NCBI GenBank assembly: GCA_964247055.1
Contig: OZ176052.1
Span: forward strand, 6,138,001-6,202,000
Length of the DNA stretch: 64,000 nt
Direction of reading: 5' to 3'
Source: Paragordius varius
Taxonomy: Eukaryota; Animalia; Nematomorpha
Both the position numbers and the translations under genes were made by a program. Positions 1 through 13,000 of this stretch are shown here, in pieces (the first letter of the stretch is position 1; every line of letters begins with the position of its first letter). The notes beneath the pieces are model-generated. The model had not been told where the DNA came from and did no database searches. It saw nothing but the letters and a program-made list of their open reading frames with translations.

Positions 1-3000
1 TTTTTGCAACGACTATTTTTTTGTTGAATAATATGGCATGCATAGATTTAAATACGCTCTGTATATTTTCTAAGACAATTCGGGGAAGCAATTAGAATTT
101 AATATTTTGGTATTATTATAAATTTTTTAAAGATTTCAATTATTATAAAGTTTTTTTGTTTAATCCACAAGAGTACTCTTAAATTATTTATAAACTTGCA
201 TGACTGTAGGAAGAGGTCAAAATTATTTCATCGAAAATATCAGAATAAATATCATGACGAAATCCTTATATTTCTAATTATAGCTACAAACAATTTTTAA
301 ACAAATCATCGCATCATATTGTGATATGGTTTCGAAATTTCATAATTATATATTTTATAATGTTAATTATCAATTTATCATTCTTGCATACTTCATCCAT
401 ACTTAAACAAAATTACATGGAATGGCCTTTGTTAACAATCTTTTCATGATAAAATTTTTTAAATTTATTGATTCATTACATGGATTACATCATAAAAAGT
501 AATTAAATAATTTTTTTTATTGACAATGCAGATAAAATGTCGTGATCATACCTAAAAATATCATTTTACAATACCTCTAATAATTATAATACGGGTATTT
601 TGAAAACAATATAGTTTTCATAGGATAATATTTTTGTCTTCATACGTTACGCTTAATTTAGAGAAAAATAAATGACAATATCATCATTGATTTATGTTTA
701 ATGTAGAAAAATATTCATTATATATTTCTTCTATTCATTTATATATGTATGATACCCGTAACTCATCACATCTAATCGCTAAAAGCTTTTTCCCTTTAAA
801 ACCAAAATTATACGCCTGCCAATGTTTAAAATATAATTAATCCAAATCTATACACCTTAAAAAAATAAAATAGCGAATCAAAATCCGAAATCAATGATCA
901 TTTTTTTATTCCTCTATTATTGGATCTTGAATCGACATTGTATCATGATTGGACGATGTCAAATCATTCAAAATAATAGTAAGTAGATACGACATTAATT
1001 TCATATTTTAGATAATTTTAAAAGAAATCCTAAAAAACATTTATTGCTTTTATATAGGTTTAATATTATCAATCATAATATTTATTAATAAACAGTATGA
1101 CCATCAAATTATGCTACAAACATAACCAACAAATTTAATATTCATAAAGGATTTTTAAATCGCACATGTCATTAAAACGGTTTAAATATATGTTTATAGA
1201 AAATATACAGTTTAAAGTCTCTTTTGTCCTTTGAGAACTTTAACACTCGCCTGCTCAGTGCTGACAGTGATGATGGAAAAATTGAGTGGTTTCAGGGTTC
1301 AAACTCTGGCACGCAGTGTAAGAGTCCTCCCTACCTACCACAACATCACGCATAATTATATGCTTGTAAAATTTCCTTCAATTTGTGATCCAATTTAGGA
1401 CAGATTAAAATTAAAGAGCCGAAGGTACTCTCAGTTCAAACCGATCGATTTTTACAACAACTGGTCGCAATACCGTTTTAAATGCGAAGAACCAGAAATA
1501 GGATTGTTATTTTTCAGCATTTGACCGTTTCTCAATATTCTAAAGTTCTGGTATTTTAGGTAAGGTTATCATGAACCAATGATTTTTTAACTCTATAAAT
1601 TGATATTACTATTGACTTCATTTAAATTAAAGTTGTAAAATGTTTTAAGGGGTTTTTCGATGTTTCAATGTATGCTTAGCATACATATTTCACACGAGTT
1701 TGCTTGAGGTTTATAATACAAACATGGCGAATAATTGGTATTGTATGCAAATTAAATTATTTTCTCACCTATTGTGGTTGTTCTAATAAATATGTGGAAA
1801 AATATTCTACACTTTCCCTTAACTAAGAGCTGGAAGATTAGGAATGTTGTGTCCCTAAGCAGTTAATTATCACTTCACTTTAAGCGATCACTATGCATTT
1901 ATATATCGAACTAAATAATACACTTTTTTAGTTTGGTTTTAAATTAAATTGCGTTTTTTAACGAAATGGATGTTTTTGAAATGTTTTAGCTTTTACTTTT
2001 AAATAAATATTTGCAACACAAAAACTATATTAAATGTGACATGCTGAAAAAAATATGGTTTTAATATTTTTTGGTGTTTTTCAACACTTCAGCTTTTCAC
2101 TTTTTTGTTCTAGTTTACATATTGTTGACGTTGCTGTTGTAGTTAACGAGGTCAATTGGTGGCTATTTTGTAAGTGTATTACGCCAGATTGTACGGTTAG
2201 GTGTGATGGGTATCAACTGTTGCATTGTTAGTTTGGTTATATTAGTTAAATTTCAATCCAACGCATTGTATAGTTTTATATCGCAGAGCTCCATTTTGTA
2301 AATAAAATACAGTTTGAAAGTTGTATTAGTTAAAATTTAAATACAAACATTGTCTCATGTATTAGATATAAAAGGTTATATTTTTTACAAACTGGGACAG
2401 CTCCAAATGAAACGAACAGCTAATATTAAAATATATCAAGTTTTTTCCGGTAAATCCTGAAACTTTTTTAAGTTATTTATTTACATTTTCCAACCACAAT
2501 ACATTTATTTGCCTCTTGCATTAACGTTTTATAAAAATTTAGTAAAAAAATTGGTGGCATATTTGAGATGAGAATTTTTTCACATTTTACATTTTTGTAA
2601 AAGCTTAAGAAAGCACATTTTATTACATATATTACGGCAACAATATTAAAGAAAATCAACGAAAATTCAAACATGAAATATTAGGGCCGTTTCCATCATG
2701 AACACGATAAACCCAATCAAAACTTATAAGCCGCCTCAAAGATTACATGTTGTCATCCTATCTTAACTTGAATAAAATGTCTTAAATCTTGAACATAACA
2801 TCAAAAATGTATCTAGATTTAGTATTCAGCCAATTGATATTCTACGATGGTACACCATCAAGAATTAAAAGCATCATTGGTGCCATATTCTTTAAATGCA
2901 CTAGTATTATCTCCAAGCTACACATTTAATTTCTACTAAATATATCTTTGCTAATTTGGTCCCATTTAAAATCAAAACACTGACAGTGAATAGTTTGCAT

Positions 3001-3377
3001 ACCTTTTTAGATAGGAGAGAGAAGTTTAAAAAGTATAAAATTATCACACCATTCAGGTTATTTTTAGTCACCGAGTATGGGGCTGGTATTAATACATCCA
3101 ATCAGAGAATAAACTATCCCCCCCCATATTACAGGCTAGGCCAAAATATTAAGATATTTCATGGCTAAACTTACCCGAAAATGTAATGGTTTTTTTATAA
3201 ATTAACCTAAAGATGTGCTAGTTTTATGCACGTATTCAATGTTGTTATTTTTTTGTTTCGTTCCTCCAAAATAATTTGCATCGAATTTAACAAAACCATA
3301 TGTGACAGGACTCAAGATTCGAAATTCAATAAAATGAAATGGGGATACCAAAAACAAATATGGGAAATGTTCTAGCC

Positions 3378-3595
3378 CAATGGAATTAAAACCGAGGCCC
3401 ATGGGCCGCATGCGGCCCCTAAAAGTGCTTTTTCATGACCTGAACTATGTATTAAATTGTAAACATACTTATTTCAAATATAAATATCTGAAAATGAATC
3501 AAACAGTTACGGAATTTTTATTGGTATTACAGGGAAGGCGGTGAGACATGATTAATATTTTTTGCGGGCCTTAAGATTTTTTGTGAGTACCACTG
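3378..3595 (+). mobile_element. Short non-autonomous MITE related to the hAT at 30900
   Basis: Left end caatggaattaaaaccgaggccc...cctaaaagtgcttt resembles 30900 cagtgatactcaaaccgcggccctaagagtgcttt. The right end tgtgagtaccactg matches 33211-33224. Flanks contain ctag but the TSD is imperfect. Confidence 0.6.
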
Positions 3596-3689
3596 TCCTA
3601 GTTCAGGAATTCTACAACAATTAAGGGGAATCATTTAATATATAGAGTTATATCTTTTCCTTACTTAAATATCAAGATTTCTAAAAGCT

Positions 3690-3774
3690 TTAACACTCGC
3701 CTGCTCCGGGCTGTCAGGGATGACGGAAAAATTCCGTATTCAGCAAAATAATTTGGCAAGCGACGTGTTGTTAA
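3690..3774. repeat. TTAA-flanked mini-element; the same left end occurs at 1240-1287
   Basis: ttaacactcgcctgctc...gatga(c/t)ggaaaaatt is shared by 1240 and 3690. Imperfect inverted end ggcaagcgacgtgttgttaa. Confidence 0.45.
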
Positions 3775-4059
3775 AAAAGTATCAATCCATTATATTAATA
3801 TAAAATTTAAATGCGAACCAAATAAGGTCCTAAAATTTTGACTAGTTTAATCAACACTTATGGTTGGTAAAGTAATAAAATGCATAAAAATATTGTTGTG
3901 GCAATAGGTTCGGTTTTAGATAATAAAAAAAATTAGTAAGTCAGTGACAACATTCTTTCAAACTCATTGATTAATTACAATGAGGGTCGTTTTATTCTTT
4001 GACCTACAACACTTACCCATAGACCATAATCTGGAAATATATTTTCTTAATATTTTTAG

Positions 4060-7000
4060 TTGGATATGAAGAATCTTGTCAAAAAAATGAATGCAAGAAT
4101 GGAGGGAGCTGCTATCTTACCGCAGGTTTTAGATAAAGAAATTTTTTTATTTGATTAATATTGTTATGATATAATTTAAAATTAATTTTTATCTATTTCT
4201 CTTTGCGGCCTTTTACATTCATTAGCTAGTATAAAATTTTTTTATGTGATTAATTTAAATGCCTATCAACGATTTAATTAAGATTCCCTAATACCTAACG
4301 AGTGTCCTGAAGGATTTATTGATGGTGGAAACCACTGCATCAAGATAGGCAATTTAAGGAAAGGGGATACAAAATTATTGATGTTTAAAAATGGTAAATA
4401 TAATTGGTTTGATGCCCGACACTTGTGTAAAACACACAATGCTTCATTGTTTGGTCCAAGAACTGTTGAGGACATTGTTAACTTAGGAAAAGTTATATCT
4501 GAACAAACTCAAGAAGGTATTAATAAAATTGATTTCATCTAATGATAATTTGTCTTTTTTGTCTCAAAACTGTGCAATAGTAATAAATTCACAATTGTTA
4601 AACAAAAGCATTTGTTCAAAATTTAGTTACAAATATAAAAATATGCCAGAACAATTATCCGTCCCAAAACGTTTGATTATATTTTTAAACCCAAATACAT
4701 CTCCTTTTGAATGGTTACATTACATTAAGGAATGATTTTTGACCCTGTAATTTTTTTAATTAATTAAAGCATATAACATTATGTACGTTTATTATTTAAT
4801 TAAGTGATTGATTGAACCATAATACCTAAATAAAAAAATCGCTCTCAAAAAACCAAATTTCTAAAAATATTAGATATTATATCGTTAAGTACCTATCCGT
4901 AACAAATTGGTACATTGAGTCTATAGCAAGGGCCGTAAATGATATTTCATTTTTAGATAACGAAATATCCATATGGACGTCGGGTGTTTACATAAAATCT
5001 GATTGGTTTTGGACGCACACATTCAATCGAAAAATTATTCCTCAAGGAATATTTCCTTTTTTTGAGGTAATAGAGTATCAATGTTAACTTAAATATTTGA
5101 GCTAACTCTTATGTCATGTTAAATTATTTTTACACCTTAAAACTAAGATGAATTTGTTTATATCTAACATCATGTCTTTGCCGTGTTTTAGGTATTGCAT
5201 GTTAACTTATAACCCATTTATTTTCGAACATTTTTACTATTTATTCTTAACATTCATGCTAGCCGAAAGCGTAATTTTTGCAAATACAACTATAAACAGC
5301 TTATCTAAATAAAAGATCCGTCATATATTAAACCTAATCATACATAATTTGATATTTTGGTCTTTTAGGGTAAAATATAAGCGAAATATATTTAGCCTTT
5401 ATTATTTTCGCAAATATTGACCTTTAAGACATTTCATTATCCTGTAGAACAGTTAGGAAATCAATAATGTTTATAAGGTTTGTCAGAATATATAAAGTTT
5501 TAAAAGATATCTGAAACCGTAAGAAACTTTCAATATTTCATTTAGGAAGGCGCAACACTAGAAATTCGGGTTGTGTTTAGCCGCATCCCATATAAAGCCC
5601 CAATTAAAAAATACAAATTACCGAAAAATTTGTCTTTAAAACAATTACCGAAAAACGACAAGAATTGTAACCAATAATGTGCCCATTAGTAAACTTTGAG
5701 GCTATTGTATATAGCCACAGGTTTATCCGCATTTCATGCAATAATATACGTATCTAAAATCATACCATTTTTTTAAAAACTAATATTTTGGAAGCTTGTA
5801 GTGAATAATCATCGTTAGCGATTCCATTCGTTAAGATAGTTTTAGTCGGGATGTTTTAGAAAGGTATAACATTTCGCCCATCCAAAGGATACGTCTGCGG
5901 TATATAATAGTTAAATTTTGGCGGTCAATGTAGTTTTTATAATACATTAACGTGTTTATAAAAGAAAGTAAAGTTTGAACAAAGGCGAACACACCCGTGT
6001 GTATCTTTTCAAATGCCGAAGACAACATTGGATCCAATGAAAAATTTCTCATCACAAATGCATTTAATTAACACGAATTGTCTCTCGCTAAATTATGTCG
6101 TCTGTCAAACACCAAAATACTTTTCTCCAGGTAAATTAATATTTTATAATTCCTTAAATTCATAATTAAATAGGGGGAACATCGCAATGTGAATGCCCAC
6201 CTAGGTTTTCCGGTAGGAAGTGCGAACATACAACAAATGGCAAAGATAATGGTTACTTACTTATTACATAATTTTTCATGCGACATTTAACAGTATTAAA
6301 TTTGTTAAAAGCAAAAATGTTATTTAAATTAGACTTAAATTTCTGAATTCCGTCAAACATTAAGATAATATATATATATATATATATATATATTTAATTG
6401 ATTTATCTAAACTTTGGCCTAATTTATCCGATTTCACCGTTTTATAATTTTGTTTTTAAACGATACATTATTGAGATTAATATTTAAATTATTTTATCCA
6501 TTTAGTTATCAAAAAGAAATTCTCCATAAATAAGGACAACAAAATTAACTGTCTTAGTACCAAACTTGGGGGAGCGAAATCAAATCCTGTTCATATTTTT
6601 ATAGAAAGTGTTATAATGGAACGTCAAAACAATAAACAGTTACCACAGTATTGTCAATTGCCTCAAATAGCATCACTTATAAATTTCAGGTCTTCTCAGA
6701 ATTTTAAGGATTTAAAATTTCATTTTTTAATAAAAAATATAATAACCTAATGTTTAAGTGTTAAATATTAAACTATTAACTATAAAATAATTTGAATAAA
6801 TTGCATTATGGGTAATTATTTAGTAATCATTAAAACATGAATTGTATATATTTTAGATGCCACGGTACAGATAATTGTGATTTTAACATACTTAAAAATC
6901 TGACGTATAAACACACATGTCAACTCGAAGATTTTGAAACTGTTTTGAAAGATAATTTTATCATGAATGCTAATTACCAAATTAAAAACAAATCCCGCAG

Positions 7001-10000
7001 AGCTAAACCCACCAACGGTACAAAGCAACCGCTGGAAAATGTGTTCAAAATAAAATATCCCAACATAGAAATCAGATATTCATGTTCTAATAGTCGATCA
7101 TCATGTCCAAACAATACGTTTCAATATCGCGAACACTGTTACTTACTTCAACCTGAGTTGGATTCTCCGTTGCCATTCATGAATTGGTTTGATGCACAGA
7201 GGGAATGTGCCAAATCCTATGGTGGTTTTCTCATAAGTATGGATCAAATGGAAGCAATATTTCTTGAACAACTTTTGAAATCGCTAAGTCAAGCTCGTAA
7301 ATTTCGTATGTCTACGACATCCGTACGTTTTTGGATTGGCCTAAAGCGCAATAATCCCCTGACTCCCTACAAATGGATTGATGGCAATCCATCAGATTAC
7401 AGGTCATTTACACTATTAATTATTTGTAGATTGCTATTATAATTTTATTTAGTATAACTTTTTTTGCACACGCATATAAGGTCCCTAATAAATAATTTAT
7501 ACAAGTAGGTAATAACTAAAAGGATTTTATAATATTCGTTTCGAAAAGTAACTGCCATTAATTACCTTAAATGTCTCACGTATTTGTATAACAATATTAG
7601 GAATTGGGAAAGAGATTTTGAGCAACAAAGCAAAGATCCAAAAAGTAATTGTGCATATTTAGCTTTTCACCCTGAAGCTTTTAGCAATAGTGTTCATTGG
7701 TCAGTCACGGACTGTTTCAAACCGTTTCGTTGGATTTGTCGTTTACCACCACAAGGTTAATTTATTCCAAAAGTCGTTCTGAAAAATTTTAGGTTGTAGT
7801 AAACGAATATTTGCATAATTTATTCCAATTATAAAGTTGTTTTCTGGTAAAAAAGACACTTTAAGCATTATCAATATATTTGCATTTTTGGTACTCGAAA
7901 TATATAAATTTTACTCTAGGAGACGGTTAACAAATAAAAACCATTGAAAATAATAAATGGTAACTCAATTATATTTTTGCGATTAATAATGGCTAAAAAT
8001 ATACTGGTACTGTATATTCCTGCTAAAATCTTTTATAACGTTTTTTTTACTCCAACTTGGATAACTAAACATCAAAAATATGAACCTTTCTAAATATAAA
8101 AAAAACTTAAAAATCTATTTGGCAATGGTAAAAATGGCGTTAAGGTGCAACGCAGAGGATAAAATATATATTTATAATAACTTCACGAATATACAAGCGC
8201 TTTTATTCGATTGATTTCAGTAAACTTTAAGCGTTGCGGCCTATGCTTTTATCGTTTACATACCGTTTCAACAGCACCTATGTTAATTCTCAAAGCAGTG
8301 TTAAAATTTTTATATTAATTTATGTTATAAAATTAACTAAATATCGGATCCCGCCGGACTATTTTATGGAAATAAGCTCAGTTTTAAAGTGTCCTACTTA
8401 TAAAAAAATTTTCCGAAACCCTTGAGGCTAAATAAAATCTCAAAAATTAAATTCTCATACATAAAATTATTCTCTAGATATTGTATTTGGTTTTTACCTA
8501 TTCATAACAGCAAATTAATTTTGCCAAATACTTATAAATTGGATACACAAAAATGTTACTATTTTAAAACCGCTTTGCCGGTACGCTGTCCGAAACTAAA
8601 GCTTTGGCTAATGTTTACCAAACTCTTAATTTTGCCGTTTTTATTAGATATTTAAAATGATCATTATAAACTATAAAATATACGATAATAATATCATTAC
8701 ATTTTTAGAAAATAGCCAAAATTCGGCTCCTCAACCTTACAATAACATGTATAATAATCCATCAAAAGTTAGTAAAAAAACCATTCGTTCCCTTAATTTT
8801 GATGGCCAGCTTATATGCAAGGACCAACAGAGAAAAGAAACGACATTGGTTGGAGAATATTTATTTGAGCCATGCCCAAATCGATCCCAGGGTAATGCAT
8901 TAATGTAAATCAATCGTATTGAGAAAAAAATTTAAAGGGCCGCAAAAAAATATTATGTTGTCTCAAGTGCCGTGACCATATGATACCGATAAAATTTTAT
9001 AGCACATTTGCAGATATATATATTAAAAATAAGTATTCAAAAGTTAAAAATTAATTGGGCCATAAAAAGCACCCGTTGGTTGCAGGGAAATATTTTGATT
9101 AAAACAAATTATTAATCCTCATAAAATAAACGATGCCAGAGATATATTCTTTATTTCTTTAATGAAAATTGAGTAAATGATTTTTATAGTAAAAAACCAT
9201 AATTAATCGATTTCAAACTTCTGATTTTTATAGTAAAAAACCATAATTAATCGATTTCAAACTTCTTTATCACTATTAATAGGATTAGTCTATCTGCCAT
9301 GTAAATATGATATCGGTATGAAAAAAGCTGTTTATGGGGATAAGGTTATGAGATGCGGCAGTTCCAGATTCGATGATCTCGCAACATTGGTATGTTACTT
9401 GTGTGTTAATGTTTAAATTACCTTAATTTTGTTAAAAAAGACCATCCTTCAAATAACCATACAAATAAACATACAGTTAAAATTTTCTCCTTTTTATTTA
9501 AGGTAAGGACTTAAATCTGGGTATCCGACATGCGGTTCTCAGAAATTTTTTTCTCGCGAAAAATTTGGAATAAAAGTATGCCACCTTTTATAATGAAAGA
9601 AAATATCTTGGTAAAATTATAAAATAGATAAATTTCACTTTATAATGTTTGTTAATTAAAATTTATTCAGAATTGTATTTTCGTTTTTTACACCATTAAG
9701 TTTCTGGTAAAGGGTTATTTCAAGGTGGTTGACTATTTAATACCACATATTACCCTTAAACCATAATAACTAAACTCAAATTTTTTCATTAAAGATAAAT
9801 GTTTGAAGGATAAAATCTGAATATATCTTCCTAAATTTGCCAACGGAGGCAAAATTAACTAAATAGTAGATATATCGTAATCCTATCTTTTTTACTATTC
9901 GATTTGTTGTATTTTTTTAATGCGGCCTGCAAACCGGTTTCTGTTAAACACCCCTTACTTAAATTAACTTTATGTCGCATGAAAGCTTTTACACTCCTTT

Positions 10001-13000
10001 GCCCAAGGCTAACAGAGTTAATAGAGCAAATGAGCAATCAGTATCGAATATACCACACACATATACCGCTTTAATCACTCCCCCGTTTCGCCTTAAAAGT
10101 CCCCGTACTGGGAATCAAACTCGGACTGACTATGTAAAAACCATAAATAAAATAAAAATTTATATATTTTACAAATGTTTCTACAATGAACGGATATATT
10201 AACATGATCGCTATTATATTATGCAAATTGTAGTAAATAATTTTGTGGTGTTTATTTGTTATTTGAGATGAATGAATAACATGACGAATTGAATATTCTC
10301 AATATTTTTTAAATAGGAGACAACGTTTCAAAAATTTCAATTATTGAACGTGTTAAAGATATATTTCTAAGCACACCAAATCACTATATCATAAGAAAAA
10401 ACCTGTAGAAACACTTTTTCTAAGGTTTAAAGAACGAGGGCACATATGTAAATTTGGAAAGAGAGGTTGAATCTGAAAAATGAGTGCACATTACAGTGTG
10501 ACTAGTCTACATTACTTGTTTTTCACTGAATTTTGCCAGATAACCTACAAAGTATAGAGAATTATTATTGGGGAATAGTAAGAAAAAGCTAAAAATAATA
10601 TAAGCCACCAATATTTTCCTTTGTTGTAATGCCATCTGACAATAATTAATGAAAAATTAGCAATGTATAATCACTTATATCGTGGATTAAAAACTAGTAT
10701 AAGTGAATAATTTTGACATATCGATTGTCATTAATATCGATCTGACAATAATATAATTTTTATTTGATCCTTTATTAGCTAACAAAAAATGTTGCTGCTA
10801 ATGAAATTAGCCAAAAACTGTTGAATTCAACGCGCGATTCTAAAACATTTCAAGCAAGTGATCTTCAAATTTCGAGCGCTCTCCTAAATGATTTAGCCGA
10901 TTTGCAAATTAAACAGTTATCTAATAGATCACTGAGTAAAAAAGAGAAGAAAAAGATTAGCACCCATTTTGTGCAAACAGTTGGAAACACTTCCAGTAAT
11001 CTGTTAGGCGCACAAACAAACGGTATGTGGGGTCAATGTAATGATAAATTTTTAAAATAAAGTATTTTGTTTAATGTTTTAAATTCTTATCCGAAACGTC
11101 CTGTAATGCCTGAACTTGAAAGTATTTAGTTTATTTAAATTTTATTACCAGTTTGACAATTTGCGTTTATACTTTAACGCTATCATTATAGAAGTGTGGA
11201 AAGATATGGATACTAATGAAAAAGTAACCTCTTTAAATCAAATATTGACGGCGATGGAAAAAAATAATATCATATTATCGGAAAATCATGGATCAGATTC
11301 CCAATTCAAGTTTCCCAATCTAGGTTATAAAACCTAAATAATAATTTAAAGCTTAATTAATTTCCCTTTATTACGTTTATTATTATTCAGAAAAATAATT
11401 ACATTAATGATTTATATTATTATAGAAATGAACAATAAAGTTGTTAAACCCAGTTCCCTTTCAACCAAAAACAATTCAGAAATTTTGGCTTTCAATTTAC
11501 AAACGCACAGTTTGATTGAAAATCATGGTATTGATATACATTTATCTAACAAAATATTGCACCAACTTGGTTCTAACAAACTCAGCCCCATGTCACACGA
11601 AAAATCGAAGATAGAGGAATTCGTTAGTGTTGTTTCCTATACCAATTTAAACGAGTTGTTTCCCACAGCTCAAATTCACACAAATGGGTAATTTCTTTCT
11701 CTTAATCTATTTCAATGAGCTCGAATTAGTTAAATTATTTATCAATAGCTTATTTACTTTGCCAAATATTAGGTGTTGGAATAAGTTTATAAATTCCGGT
11801 TGCAGATTAATTATCATCGAAATTCAAAAATGGATTAACGTTAAATATAGAAACCCAAAATTGTGATTTTAACGACTCCATTTATTTCTGGACAAATTAT
11901 GTAAAATAGACATTTTATTTTGTAAGCAAAGATTTTACTGTTAAATTTTTCCCCTTTTTAAACCAACATATATAAACAAATTATTACAAAATGTAATGGG
12001 ATATTTAAATTTTTTTAAAAAATCTGAGTGTGCATTTTAGACGCTTCACTTTATTAACGAAGCTTTTGAAACAAAAGTACATGAATTTGGGTATTTACTA
12101 TTACTTGTATAATTACAAAGTTTAGCTATTTGGATCCATAAAAAAATGTGTATCAAATTTTAGTTAACTGAAAAAAACAATTTTGAGTTTATTTTCCAGT
12201 ACCAAAATCTCATGAGTTTCTCTGTCCAAATATACTAAAAGGAAATGATAAATAACCCTAAAATTGGCACAATATGATATATTTATTATATACAAATATT
12301 TATAATAAATCTAGAACTTCGGAATTATTTGTTGGGTTTCCTATAATTTCCATCACCAAAAGATTGATGACAGATTCTTATACAAAAGATAACTTACCAA
12401 AAGATCAAATTACGCAAAACGTCTCAGTTAATGCCACTGATCTAGAACAGGAAGTTAAATTGATTTATGAAGCAAACATTTGGAAAAACCAAACATACAT
12501 TTGCGCATTTTGGAACATGGATAATAAGTTCATAATTTATTCAATTCTTTCAATAATTATCTACTATAATGAACTTAACCTAAAATAAATCTTGAAAATT
12601 CGATCTAGTTTTGAACCAAGTAACCCGTTAAAAATTGGCTACCTTGAGTTAAAACCACTATTTGAAATTATTAGTTTGTTGTTTACAACTAAACAATATG
12701 TTCTTATGCAACTCAATTCCTTATTTTGCCACCCAAAACATAGATTATATTGGGAAGTAAAGAAAATGCTTGTCTTTAAAAAATATTTATTTAGTTTTTT
12801 ACGTTCTAATATTATCAATATTGACTGTGTATTTTTTTCCAATTTTTTGCTCATTATGAGGCAACATGTCTGCAAAGTAAAATGTGGGAATACTAACTTT
12901 TAAAGGTCACGACTTAAAGTAAGAACTAATTTAAAAATCGGTCAATCATAGGTGATCCTTATTTTAAAAAATTCACTAGGGGTGCGGGAAGGGCAACCCT

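Noticed and set aside
1-4059. Signal-peptide or first exons of the adhesion GPCR (e.g. ATG near 3882; ORFs 2956-3168 and 3202-3411)
   Set aside because: No candidate combined a convincing hydrophobic signal peptide with a phase-1 donor; the 5' end is left unresolved.
9855-10202. ORFs 9972-10202 (+) and 9855-10037 (-) as exons or a small gene
   Set aside because: The adhesion GPCR splices in phase from 9389 to 10779 without them, and the region is explained by a SINE relic.
11684-11866. Extra GAIN exon near 11773-11866
   Set aside because: It runs into a stop with no suitable donor; 11687->12315 is already phase-consistent and gives sensible GAIN sequence.
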